Shown in pieces: positions 37,889 through 49,783 of a DNA stretch of 64,000 nucleotides. The stretch is from Takakia lepidozioides (taxonomy: Eukaryota > Plantae > Bryophyta). The notes under the pieces are model-generated. The model had not been told where the DNA came from. It ran no database searches and worked only from the letters and a program-made list of their open reading frames with translations. The position numbers were made by a program, and so were the translations under genes. The number at the start of each line of letters is the position of its first letter. Within the stretch, counting starts at the first letter, position 1. Location of the stretch: positions 21,390,001 through 21,454,000 of the forward strand of contig CM060731.1 in NCBI GenBank assembly GCA_030704615.1. Direction: 5' to 3'.

Positions 37889-40800
37889 TCACTGGTCCCC
37901 TGGATCCATATTCAGAAGAGTGTGAACCTCCTGGGGGCTCAACCCTGGTGCATGTATGAAGTGATGAGTTGTGGAATTACAACGGAGTCTCTTTAGGTAC
38001 ACGTAGTACAAATGCTTGCAAGGGCAGTATGATGCCCCCTTGTTCGCCATGATCTGGAAGTCGGTGCAATTGCAGGTGGGTAATTCTGAAATGGTGATGG
38101 TGTACACCTCATTGCGAACAGCTGAGCCCGCCGTGGCCATCTGATACACACGCCCGAATCCTGGTGGGGGCACTTCTGTCGAGCTCTGGATTGTACAGTT
38201 CATCCGAAGTGCATTCCCATCCTTGTCTCGTTCACTTTTGAGGGAGGTCGCCGCCTCTTTGGTTTCCCCCAACGGTGTGTAGGATGCTTAGAGCTGTCGT
38301 GTCCCATTGTTCTTGCTCTCACAGGGGTCAGTGGTGGAGGCTGTGGAAGCGGAAATGGTTCTCTGGGGACGTCAGTGCGCTGCACCATCCGAAATCCTGC
38401 GGCGGTAAGGGCGTCGGCCTCAACCTGACTCAGATCGCAGCCTGGTTCCACCGGCCACACCGGGGGAGCCTCTGGCATTGTTTGTATGCCGTACTTGGGC
38501 TTTCCATACACGCAAGTCATAATGTCGTGCCTGCAGAACCAGAACTGGGTGGTTGTCGCCTCCGCAAACTTTGCATTGACAAATCTTCCTGTAAAAGTAG
38601 GAGCAGGGACAGCCCCATCTGGATTCTTCCTTATCATCTCTAAACAACGTTGCCGTGTATCCACACGAATTGCGGAACACCTTCCTCGAAACGACGGCTT
38701 TGTGCGAGCAATTCTCCACTGTGATGCAGACACAGTTGTCTCCACAATGGCTTGGCCATACTGCATAACAGCGGGCGGAATCTGGGCAAGGGAGCGGTGG
38801 GAATTTTTTGCACGAAATCCCCGGTTGAAGGCGACGGCGATCTGGAATTTCTTGGGCTTCCACTGCTGGAAGACACATTGTGCGGCAACATGACGGGACC
38901 TCGAGGTGCTGTCCGAATGTTCCTGTCGGATCTCCAGGAATCATCTTCGCACCCGGGTTCCTCTTCAATCCTCCGCCTGACAGGGCGAGTCCAGACGTCC
39001 CCCTCTAGGTGTTCACCTCTGCGGTGCAGAGGCGTCCCTTTGATCTTCTCTCGCAATGCTGTCGCCCATTTCACTGGATTCTTGGACCTCGAAGCTGTTC
39101 GTACCAACAATTCCTCCCTGTCTGGCCCAAAGCCCCATTGTTTGCCGCTCAGGAACTTGTAGTACGTGGCTTGCTGCATGATTGCTCTGTCGATGTCCTC
39201 CGTTGTGGCCGTCACTACGTCCACAAGATGTGCGGCAGAAGACGCTCGCCAGGAGGAGTGGACCGATTCTGCCATATTCGTGTTCGGCATGTCCGTGTCG
39301 GAATCCAAGCACCGCTCCTACAAGGACACAAACAATGGTGAGGGACCAATCGAAATGTCCGTAACAGAAAGACAAATGAACGAAATTGACAGCAGCCTAC
39401 CTCCCGCATGTACTGTCCGAACTGTCGATACCGAAATGCCACCACCCCAACCAGCTGTGCAATGCTCCCAGATTTGTTGTCTCCACTGCACCTGACGTGT
39501 TCCACCAAGCCTCAATGATAGCAAACTTAACCTCCGCGTCATCAAATGTGGGTGCATCCTTCCACGCCGTACAAAGGACACGGTGTTCAGCCTGGAATGA
39601 GCTAGCAACAAATTTGGTGGTGTAGTGGGATAGACTCTGCATCCAATGGAATCCACAGGATCTCTCTTTCCCCTCCATTGGAACATTGGGGTCCTCACCG
39701 TACACACGCCGCACCGCTGCCCAGTTGGCCTGAGCGTTGTCTACCATGAATCCCCTGAAATTGGGCTCTGGCAATCCCGCCCTTGCCATCTGCTCGTTTA
39801 TGCCCTCCCACAGATGCATCTCCGACTGTGTGTCCTCCCCTTTCATCTCGCAGATTGCAATCGTCATGAGCCTCTTGGAGTGATAGTCATAAACATGCGC
39901 ACCCATAGTCACCCACTGATGGTTTGTAATTCGCTTGATGTGATCAAACATCACCCAAGCATTCGACAAGTTTCCAGTTGTCATGCGAGTGACCAAGTCG
40001 ACTCCACTCCCAGGCCCACACGTCGACATTTTGAAAATGTAACAACGATCGGATTCGCTGCCTTGCCCTGGAAACCTGCTACCTTGGATGTAGTCATATC
40101 CAGTCATTCGTTTCACCTCCAGGATTGAGTACATGTCCGACCCCCTGCCGAACTCCTGCTTGCAAGATACGATGTGATTCCGCACATTCGGACTACAAAC
40201 GTGCGAGACGGACTCCAAGAGGTCACGCATCTCGTCTTCGGTCAAGGGCTCTTGGTCGGAACCATCTTCAGACATGATTTTGCCAAGAGCAATCTTGTGG
40301 GCTGCCTTCAGCTGAATCTGCTTTGGTCTGGCTCCGGGGCTCAATTTCACCTCCTCTTTTATGATGTCGTGTGCTTCCTGCACAACCTCACGCATGTTGC
40401 CTCTCGCCAAGGGGTGGCAGTGGACCCCAACGTGTATGCAAGCTCTAGTCAAGTCCGGGAGCAAATGGATTACGTAATATTGCTTGGCTCTGCACATGGA
40501 CATGCACGTCGGTGGTTCTTTGCAATGTGCACACTTGAAAGAACCCGCAGGAGCTTGGCTGGAGACAATGAATGGATGATGCGTTGTGCCAGTCCAATCC
40601 GTCTCGTTTCTCCGCCCTCCTTTGGAGAGAAAGTGGAAGCAGGTGGGATTGAGGCACCTCAGCTTCCCCGCACAGAGGACATATCGTACACGAACACCAT
40701 CAGCAATTTTCGTGCTACTGGTCTTCGTCACACACCAGGGGTGTCCGTCATGCTTTCGATCCATGTCTGTTAACATCCCGGAGGCTTTCTTTGACGAAGA

Positions 40801-41492
40801 AACAGGTGGAAACTCGAAGATGACATTGCCATCGACTTCGGAGGCAGAAAAGTTACCTTTCTGACTGGGAATTTGGCATAGTCGAGAGCAGCCAGCTCGG
40901 AGCGAGAACCATCGAGGTGATGTTGTCGTAGGAGCTGCACAATGGACCGGGTTGGAGTTATGCTCGAGGGCACATTCGTAGCACCGACAGAGACGTCCAT
41001 GCCGGATTTGAACGACCGTGTGGAGGACATGGGTACCTCAATGCAATCATCTTCCTCGTTGGAAATGTCGAATACGTCCACACGAGAAGCTATGGAGGGT
41101 CTTGACGGTCCAGGTCGGGAATGATTATCGTTGCATACCTCTCTGTTGGCAGTGGCCGCCTCTCGGTTTCCGGACTCCTTTGTGGATGGTGTGGGCAGCG
41201 ACTGATTCAGAAAGGGAATGGGCATTCCCACAGCTCGGTACAGGATGGTGTCTGACGGGGGAACGTGCCATTCGATTCCGCAACCTCCGTCGTTACCTAA
41301 CACGACAATGGTCTCGTCAACCTGTCCAGGAACATCCTTCCTTTCTTCTTCCAAATAAACTGTGCCCGGTTTGAGCTTGAATTTGGAACAAAGGTAAGTT
41401 TCAGTCACTTTGCAAAGTCCTCCCTCGTTTGGGATCCAGGCTCTCCCAAGTTGCGGAGGACAGCAAACTATAGCGTAGGAATTCGGAGCCAT
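37889..41492 (-). pseudogene. Mutator-like (MULE) transposase copy 1: GCM-like Zn domain - DDE core - SWIM; frameshifted; intron 39318-39400
   Basis: DGHPW..CAGKLRCLNPTC..CAHC..C..HVGVHCHP (WRKY/GCM-like); WVMFDHIKR (D1); FMVDNAQANWAAV (D2); CGFHWMQS (CxxH); NTNMAESVHSSW (E); C-terminal SWIM YTITISELPTCNCTDF..CKHLYYV. Confidence 0.82.
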
Positions 41493-41722
41493 CGAACACC
41501 GCACGGAGTTGGCAAGTGCGAGGTTCAGTATAGCGACAGACCAAGGCTCACAGGCACCATCTAAGTGGATCTGCGGAGTCCATCGACGATTGGAAGTCGC
41601 ACATTGAAGTGGAAAGTATTGTTTCAAGCTACATGCATGAAGGTGGGAGGTTTGATTCCATAGCCAGTAAGTATGACAATGATGGCCGATTCGGCGAGGA
41701 AATGACATCTCCTGACAGTTTC

Positions 41723-42460
41723 GAGAGGTGAAAGCATGGTAGGGTCAGCCCAAAATGGAAGTCCCAGACAGTTTATTTTTGCATTTTGTATATATAGGAC
41801 TCAATGAAGATGTTAAGTTGGAATTTTTTATGGGTTATGAAGCAAAATCTAGACCATTGTTGACGTTTCGAACATAATGAAATTTGAATCAGACAAATCT
41901 GACAAGATTTGAAAATCCATATAAGTCCATGAGTGCATGAAGCTTATGCGGTCTCAACGGGTGATATGCCCTTCATGGACTCATTGGGAAATGAATCCGA
42001 CATCCATTGTAGATGGAAAATTTAACCACCTTCATTGATCTCCCTTGTTATATGAAAATCTGGTTCAAAGGTCAAAATTTCCTCCCCTACAAGTTTTAGA
42101 CGTAATTAAATATTTATAAATTTCGTGAATTAGCACATCGATTTTGGACATGCAATCTTCATTATTTTTTATATCTCCTTTCACAATAAGATGGATTGAA
42201 AGCTTATGGAGGGAAATATGCCTACAAAATTTAGAATCGAACCCACCTATGAAGACTTGCAAATTTTCAATCTATGAATTGATGTCAATAAAGGGTGAGA
42301 TTGATAAATAAACCTAGGGAGGTAGCATGATATCATATGTATGTAGTCTTCAAGGTTTCACAAATAGGTTTGTCTAAACATACATTGTCCATGAAAGTGG
42401 AGTCGAGGACTCCCAGATTCTGCCAGTTTTGGGTGGATCCTATCCTGCATTGACCCTCTC
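41723..42460. mobile_element. AT-rich MITE-like insertion with imperfect GAGAGG-initiated TIRs
   Basis: Absent from the inverted paralogous copy (empty site near 52300-52312). The left end GAGAGGTGAAAGCATGGTAGGGTCAGCCCAAAA resembles the reverse complement of the right end, GAGAGGGTCAATGCAGGATAGGATCCACCCAAAA. Confidence 0.7.
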
Positions 42461-42654
42461 CTGAGGGTGGATCCAGCAGTATTCTCGGTGCAGATAGGAA
42501 CGTTCGCACTGACAAGTGCCAGGACTGTTGGTTAAAACGGTCAGACAACCAAGTTGTGCTCATCAAGACTGGCCGCAATGTTGTTTCGGAACAATGCAAC
42601 CCATTCAGGTTCCAGATTTCCCGTCCCGAGTGATTCTTTCGATTGCTGGTGGAC

Positions 42655-44430
42655 GGAAATACGGCGCCGCATTTCCATTTTGCTTCTTGGTCATGCACCA
42701 GAGCGACGTAAATGCGGCACCGAGTTTCCGTCCGGAGGAAACCTTTATACTCTCCAGAACGGAAATGCGGTAACGCATTTCCATCCAGCAAGCACGGTAT
42801 GTGAAGGTGGAACGGAAATGCGGTACCGCATTTCCGTTCTGATTGAGAATTATGAACAACGGGAACAGAAATGCGGCGCCGCATTTCCATTTTGTATCTG
42901 ATGCATGGAGCTGAGGGATAGAAATGCTGCAGCACATTTCCGTCCTTAAAAGACATTCATACTATCCATAACGGAAATGCGGTACCGCATTTCCATCCAC
43001 CAAGCACGGTATGTGAAGGTGGAACGGAAATGCGGTACCGCATTTCCGTTCTGATTGAGAATTATGAACAACGGGAACTGAAATGCGGCATCGCATTTCT
43101 GTCCGAGTCGCACTTTCCGACATTCCAGAACGGAAATGCGGCGCCGCATTTCCATTTTGTATCTGATGCATGGAGCCGAGTGCGATTCCGACAGCTTCAT
43201 ACAGCGCAATTCCGACCGCTTGAGACATTCATACTATCCAGAACGAAAATGCGGTACCGCATTTCCGTTCTGACTGAAAATCGTGAACCATCTGAACTGA
43301 AATGCGGCAGCGTATTTCCGTCCGAGTCGCACCTCCCAACATTCCAGAACGGAAATGCGGTACCGCATTTCCGTTCTGACAGAAAATCGTGAACGATCGG
43401 AACTGAAATGCGGCAGCGCATTTCCATCCGAGTCGCACCTCCCAACATTCCAGAACGGAAATGCGGCACCGCATTTCCGTTCTGATGAAATATCCTGAAA
43501 CATCGGAACTGAAATGCGGTACCGCATTTCCGTCGGAGTCGCACCTTCCGACATTCCAAAACGGAAATGCGGCGCCGCATTTCCGTTTTGTATGTGAGGC
43601 ATGGAGCTGTGGAACGAAAATGCGGCACAGCATTTCCGCCAGCGTCAGACGTTAATACTCTACAGAACGGAAATGCCGTACCGCATTTCCGTTCTGACTG
43701 AAAATCGTGCACAACGGGAACAGAAATGCGGCACCGCATTTCGGTCCGAGTCGCACCTTCCGACATTCTAGAACGGAAATGCGGCGCCGCTTTTCCGTTT
43801 TCTATATGGGGCCTGGAGCTGTGCTACGGAAATGCGGAGCCGCATTTCCATCCATGTGAGACCTTCAAACTTTCCAGACCGGAAATGCGGCACCGCATTT
43901 CTGTCCAGGTGAGACCTCTATACTTTCCCGAACGGAAATGTGGCACAGCATTTCCGTTCATCAACTAACGTATGTGAAGGGGGAACGGAAATGCGGTACC
44001 GCATTTCCGTTCACATTGAAAATCATGAACCACGGGAACTGAAATGTTGTGCCTCATTTCAGTCCGAATCGCGCCTTTCGACATTCCAGAACGGAAATGC
44101 GGCGCCGCATTTCCCTTTTGTATCTCATACATGGAGTTGTGGGACTGAAATGCGGCACCGTATTTCCGTTCAACAACTAAGGTATGTGAAGGGGGAACGG
44201 AAATGCGGTACCGCATTTCCATTCACATTGAAAATCATGAACCACGGGAATTGAAATGTTGTGCCTCATTTCCATCCGAATCGCACCTTTCGACATTCCA
44301 GAACGGAAATGCGGCGCCGCATTTCCCTTTTGTATTTCATACATGGAGCTGTGGGACGGAAATGCGGCACCGTATTTCCGTTCAACAACTAAGGTATGTG
44401 AAGGTGGAACGGAAATGCGGTGCCGCATTT
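42655..44430. repeat. Palindrome array 2, with higher-order tandem duplications
   Basis: About 35 units of GGAAATGCGG-YR-CCGCATTTCC by eye. An approximately 213-bp higher-order repeat lies at about 43970-44395. Confidence 0.92.
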
Positions 44431-44459
44431 TCTTCCAACAAGTACGGATGTGTAGCTTC

Positions 44460-45180
44460 GTGGGCTCGACTTGCCACTGAGTGTGCAAATAAGGTCGATG
44501 AAGAGGTCACTCTCAAGATGCAGCAAGACTTGGAGAGTACAGAAACGGCTTTGCAATTAGCCAAGGAACAATTAATTGAGGCAGGCGTCGCGCAAGACCA
44601 TTTGCACGAAACACATAAGCAACAGCTATACCAAATGCAGGTGAAGCATGAAAGCAAGTTGCAAGAAGTGAATGCACTACATACGGAGTTGCAGACAGTG
44701 CATGACAGGATGGCCATACAATGCGCTACACTCACAACTATGCTTGACCAAGCTACAATAGAAATAAACAGTCAAGCGGAAAGATGTACGAAGGCAGAGA
44801 CAGAGAATGTTGGGCAATTGAAACTCATTGTCGATATGAAGAATACAATCTGTCGCAATGAGAATACTTTCAAACAATACAGGCAGGTTGAAGCTGACCA
44901 AGAGAGGTACATCCTGGAGTTGCAACAAACGTTCATGGTAAATAGAAATGAACTCTCTGTCGCTAACAAGGCTTGGAAGGAAGCCAATAATCTGGCTACT
45001 GCCTATGCGAGTTTGGTTGAACCTCATGCGAAGCGCATGGAGGCTTTACAGCAGCAGATAGATGTGTACAGGCTCACAGAGGAGAAAACTCTAAGAGGTG
45101 CCACAAGCAACTTGGTGGATAACCACCTTATGCAGGTCTGGTTAACAAGTCATGTGTGGCACCCCTGGGTTCGTTTTTGA
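44460..45180 (+). pseudogene. Coiled-coil protein fragment abutting array 2
   Basis: The open frame is rich in L/E/Q/K heptads (LKMQQDLESTETALQLAKEQLIEAG...). There is no proper start; the frame fuses into the array. Confidence 0.45.
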
Positions 45181-46098
45181 TAGGGAAGACTTATCTGATA
45201 CCTCTAACGTTACTGGAGGTTCCTGCTGGAGAGTGATTTCATGTTCCGTCCATCTGCAAGCATAGCACCTACTCTATATAATCTTCTCTTCCCAATCCTC
45301 CAATCTTTCATACTGATACTGACAAGCTTGGAGGCCATGGGTGGGGATACCAAAGTCCTCTATAACCAGCGATGTCCTCAATGAAGCCTGTCACGCGGCT
45401 TTTACTCACCCATCCCTTCGCTATCCGAGGCGGAAACTCCAAGATAGAAGAGTTGGAAATCTCTAAGCACTCAGCCCGCTCAGAACAATCAGTCATGACC
45501 TATAGCTAGTGTATCATGGGGTTGTTTCCTATTTGTTTTCCTTCCCGCATTCATGTTAGTTGGTTACCTTACTGTTGGTAATTAAGTATCAGTTTGCTTC
45601 AGCAATCTATCGGATTCCATCATCTCATCCATTCATTCCACAGCTTCACTCAGATCTCTCTACACAGTGTGAGTATGAAGTATGTATCAGATTAATATCT
45701 ATCAAGTATCAGGCTGAAGCCATGGAGTCTCTAATCTGCTCTACATTACAACCCTACTGCTTGCATTCATTAAGCATCAACAGATCGTCCTCCTCCTACT
45801 CTGTGCTCTCTCTCTCCTTCCGCTCAGAGATGCGCTCTCTCCTCCTTTCCTCCCGTGATGTCCAAACTTCCCCCAAGAAGTGATCATTTTCCCGTCCTCG
45901 CTCCTCGCTTTATCTTCCTACCCGTTGTTCTAACCGTTTCCCTCACTAACCGTCATCTGTGTACTAACATGTTCCATTGGTAGATGTTGTTCCCCCCAGT
46001 CGTTCCCTGTCCTACTATCCGTTCCCTATGGTCGTGATAGCTGTGTCTGGCTGTGACTGGCTGTGACGGGCTGTGTCGGCTGTGTCGGACGGGGGCTG

Positions 46099-46185
46099 CT
46101 ATTTCATGAGCCATGAGCCATGAGCCATGAGCAGAGTCGTAAGTGTAAAGAAAAACATGAGCAGGACTATTTTCCGGAAATGAGT
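46099..46185 (+). repeat. Putative transposon terminus Y: CTATTTCATGAGC(CATGAGC)n
   Basis: Matches 37045 over about 100 bp imperfectly (GAGC..GAG.CG.AAGT.TAA...CATGAGC.GGACT...GGAAATG). It lies 5' of transposase copy 2. Confidence 0.6.
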
Positions 46186-46544
46186 GTCCGCGGGAATAGG
46201 GTTTAGGGTGTCACGGTCATAGGGGGAGAAGGACCTCCCGATGAAGGAGGTTCGGTAATGTTTTTTAGAATTACATATTGAAAGGCAATGTTTCGCGAAT
46301 GGTAGGGTGGTACTGATCTGTACAATGGGGGCCCATTTCAGCCTACCAGCCACTTGCAAAATCCACCCACACTCCCAATCCCAAACGAAATGAGGAATGA
46401 CGCATTTTGGGAACGATGTATACAGAATAGAACAAAAAGAGGGCACAATGGGGTTTTTATTGATCCACATGAATTGCATTTGAAGCACGTCTACTGTGCT
46501 GATTGTGCAAACAAATCTTTAGCCCTGTGCCTTCTGAATACAAG

Positions 46545-47108
46545 TCACGTTGTCAATGGGACTTCGACTGCTCTCACAACTAGCTCATGAGTCTTCGGGC
46601 TCCTCCAGGTAAACTGGATTGCAGCCGTTGTACCGCCCCTGTTGATGTTCACCACAATGTCCTGCCATTCAATCATACCACCATCGAATATGGAAAGCTT
46701 CACGTTTTTGCCGTCCACACCAATGCGAATGTCCCCATACAATGGAGAAGATGAGCGCACTCCTTCAGGAGTATAAGTCTCTCCGATGGAGTCCACCCAC
46801 GTCCACTGGCAGCAGTTCCACCGCAACAGCATAGCAGTGCGCATTCTTCTACATGGGTGCCCGTCGTAGCTGGGAAAATCGGAATCAAGGATGCGCAGGA
46901 GCCACGGACTCCTCAGACCAAGATCGTCACCCCGCTCGAAGGCGTACTGGCCTGGGAGATACTCAAAAGCGGACAATGTTTCCACATTCGAACCAGTATC
47001 TTCTGTGTAATCTGTGTACCAGATAACGATGTCTCCCGATGTGGCCGAATACATTGCATAATCGATGCCTCCATAAGGGCAGTCGTCCCGGTTCCGGAAG
47101 CACGACAT
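46545..47108 (-). CDS. Unknown intronless protein (187 aa), paralogue A
   Basis: Intact ORF from MSCFRNRDDCPYGGIDYAMY. It is clearly homologous to 47665-48242 (SGDI..W, EYL.G.Y.FERG, PW.L.I.D.D.P, RWNCCQWT, YGDI, DGGMI, QFT.R...ELV.RA.EVP). Confidence 0.65.
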   Translation of the reverse strand: MSCFRNRDDCPYGGIDYAMYSATSGDIVIWYTDYTEDTGSNVETLSAFEYLPGQYAFERGDDLGLRSPWLLRILDSDFPSYDGHPCRRMRTAMLLRWNCCQWTWVDSIGETYTPEGVRSSSPLYGDIRIGVDGKNVKLSIFDGGMIEWQDIVVNINRGGTTAAIQFTWRSPKTHELVVRAVEVPLTT

Positions 47109-47664
47109 CTTTGCGAAGGAGGACCTGAGGACTTGTTTGATGCCGATGAAAATCACCTTGCGGACAACAACGAAGCGCTTAGATTTTCGAAATGATGAGA
47201 AGCGGAAGAGTAGTGCGGGCTCCAATAATGGACCATATGGGTCACAAGTACCCACCAATCATCATGTAACGTGTTCAACAAGCCAGCGGTGGATGAACCC
47301 ATACCTCTTTCTCATCCACGGGGTATAGTTTGAAATCTGCCACCGAAGTCCATCTCCCGGATGGAAATTCGGCGCCGCATTTACATCGAAGGGGGGATGG
47401 ACTTCGTCATCTCGAGTGGCTATAGGCCCACCTGGCACTTACTGCCCATAGTTTGCATGGCAGGGAAGGAAACTGAATCGGCTACATCCATGGATGAGCC
47501 AATCTTCATCCCTGCAGGTTCCTGTAGGGGGGAAATTTAAATGTGCCCTGGAGTATTTGTGACGAATTGCAGCGTTTGCTTGAATTTCTTCCAGCCACCG
47601 CGCTGCTACCTCCTCCATCCGGGAGCTATTGTCATTGAGCGTACTGCGCTACTCTTTTTCAGGG

Positions 47665-48242
47665 ATGCCGTGCCGCCGAAATCCTGCTACTGCCCTTATC
47701 ATGGCCACGATTATGCTATGTTCAAACCACAATCAGGAGACATCATTGTCTGGCTTTCACTTTTCATAGACGCATCTGGAATCAAGCGGGAGTCTTTGCG
47801 CGCAATGGAGTATCTGGAGGGCTATTACCGCTTTGAGCGAGGTGAGGGCGAGGGTCAATGCGGTCCGTGGGTCCTGAAAATTGTTGACCTCGATATACCA
47901 AGGTGGAATGGGATGCCAGACAGATCACGCATGGCCTCACTTTGGCGCTGGAACTGCTGCCAGTGGACCAGGGAGGACGGCACCGGGGAACTCTATATTC
48001 GTGGAGTTCATTCCGCTTTTCCAGTGTATGGAGACATTCAGCTGAGTTGCGAAGACGAATCGCACGGGCACAAGAGGCCCACAGTGACCTTGTCGATGTA
48101 TGATGGTGGTATGATTGATGGGTATGACATTGTCGTCAGCTCCACCAAGGGCACCAGATCGACCGCACTGCAGTTTACCTCGAGATGCCGCATCAGTAAT
48201 GAGCTAGTTTTGAGGGCTATCGAAGTTCCGTCGACTTGGTGA
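47665..48242 (+). CDS. Unknown protein paralogue B (probable frameshift just after the ATG at 47665)
   Basis: MPCRRNPA/YCPYHGHDYAMF aligns with paralogue A. It is divergently oriented from A. Confidence 0.55.
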
Positions 48243-48519
48243 CACCCATGTAGAAGGAGGAAGGGCTTAGATTTGTCTAGAGCTGCTAAATGTGAGACAC
48301 CGTGTTCGATCAATAAAACAACCCATCGTACCTCACTTCTGTGTGCTTGTGTTTCATCGTGTTCAAGAACTGCCGTAATTGGCCCACTGTTTACAATTTG
48401 AGGTCTCATTTCTACAATGTGTCTGTCCATATGAATATACCAGAGTCAGCAATATCACAGTCCTGAGAAGAAGAAAATCCATGTATGAGTTGTAGGAAAC
48501 ATGTACACGCCGAAGCTCG

Positions 48520-49555
48520 AAAATTCGGCACCGCATTCCATTTTCTCCATGAAGCTTTTTCTGGCAGCTCCCTTTCCTCCGCTGTCGTCGTAACGGAAAT
48601 GCTGTACAACATTTCATTTCTTGACATGGCATTACCATACTTCGAATTTCAAATGCGGCGCCGCAACACCATATTCGACCTTGAACTATCCAAGCATGTC
48701 CAGTCGCTAATGCTTGTCCATGTCCATACTTGAAATGCGGCACCGCATTTCCATGTCCGTCATCGAAATTTCGTACCGGACAATGAAATGGGGCACAACA
48801 TTTCCGGAGAGCACAATGGAATGCGGTGCCGCATTTCCGTCGAAGGGTCTGGAATTGGACAAACAACGATGTACGTTCTGGAAATGCGGCACCGCATTTC
48901 CATGTCTGTCATCAAAATATCGAATCGGACAATGGAATGCGGTGCCGCATTTCCGTCCATCAAGACGGAATGCCCACACGGGTCTGGAATTGGACAAACA
49001 ATGATGTCTGTTTTGGAAATGCGGCGCCGCATTTCCCATGTTGGGCAATTGAAAGTTTTTATAGGACAATGTAAGTTTTTAAAGGACGATGGAATGCGGT
49101 GCCGCATTTCCATCAAAGGGTCTGGAATTGGGCAAACAACGATGTCCCTTTTGGAAATGCGGCGCCGCATTTCCATGTACGTCATCGAAATTTCTTATTG
49201 GACAATGGAATGCGGTGCCACATTCCCGTCTAGCATCATGGAATTGGGAGCCCAAGAACGTCGATGGGTCTGCAGTTGGAAAAATGTCCATCTCCAAAAG
49301 GTAAATGCGGCACCGCATTTCCATGTTCGACCTCCGCATTTCGATTTACATCCATGGAAGGAGCTGCCAATCGGCAAAACTGCCGTGTCGGAAACGGAAA
49401 TGCCATTTCCGTTTGTCCAAACAGTTTCTGATGTCCAAACCATGAATCGGAAATTTGTTCTTGCCTGGTTTTGGAAATGCGGTGCCGCATTTCCAAACGA
49501 GGTTTTTGCAGTTGCCACATTTCTTTTCAGACATTGAAATGCGGTGCCGCATTTC
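48520..49555. repeat. Palindrome array 3: same core, different spacer family
   Basis: GGAAATGCGGCGCCGCATTTCC and GGAATGCGGTGCCGCATTTCC units alternate with spacers such as GGTCTGGAATTGGACAAACAACGATG. Confidence 0.9.
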
Positions 49556-49783
49556 TGATTTTGGGAGGGACCAGGTTTGGACGATGTTGTCGTTTAGAAG
49601 CACATGGGAGAGGGGACATGAAGGACGGGGAGAATTCCATTTTATATACTCTGGAATTGAATTTAAATGTACAGAGAGTTCATTAAAATTGTATTAATCT
49701 TGAAAATCATCACTACTGTCGGCCTGTTCTTGACTGTCCTGCTCCGCCTCCACCCCATCATTGCCTTTCTCATCTCTAGCGGA

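Noticed and set aside
45190-46098. LTR-like segment with short GGCTGTG tandem repeats
   Set aside because: No definable TG...CA pair, PBS/PPT or second copy; left unclassified.
30953-49697. Many ORFs with MRRRISV / GNAAPHF / KCGAAF repeats on both strands
   Set aside because: They are translations of the palindromic DNA arrays, open in several frames, with no evidence of coding.
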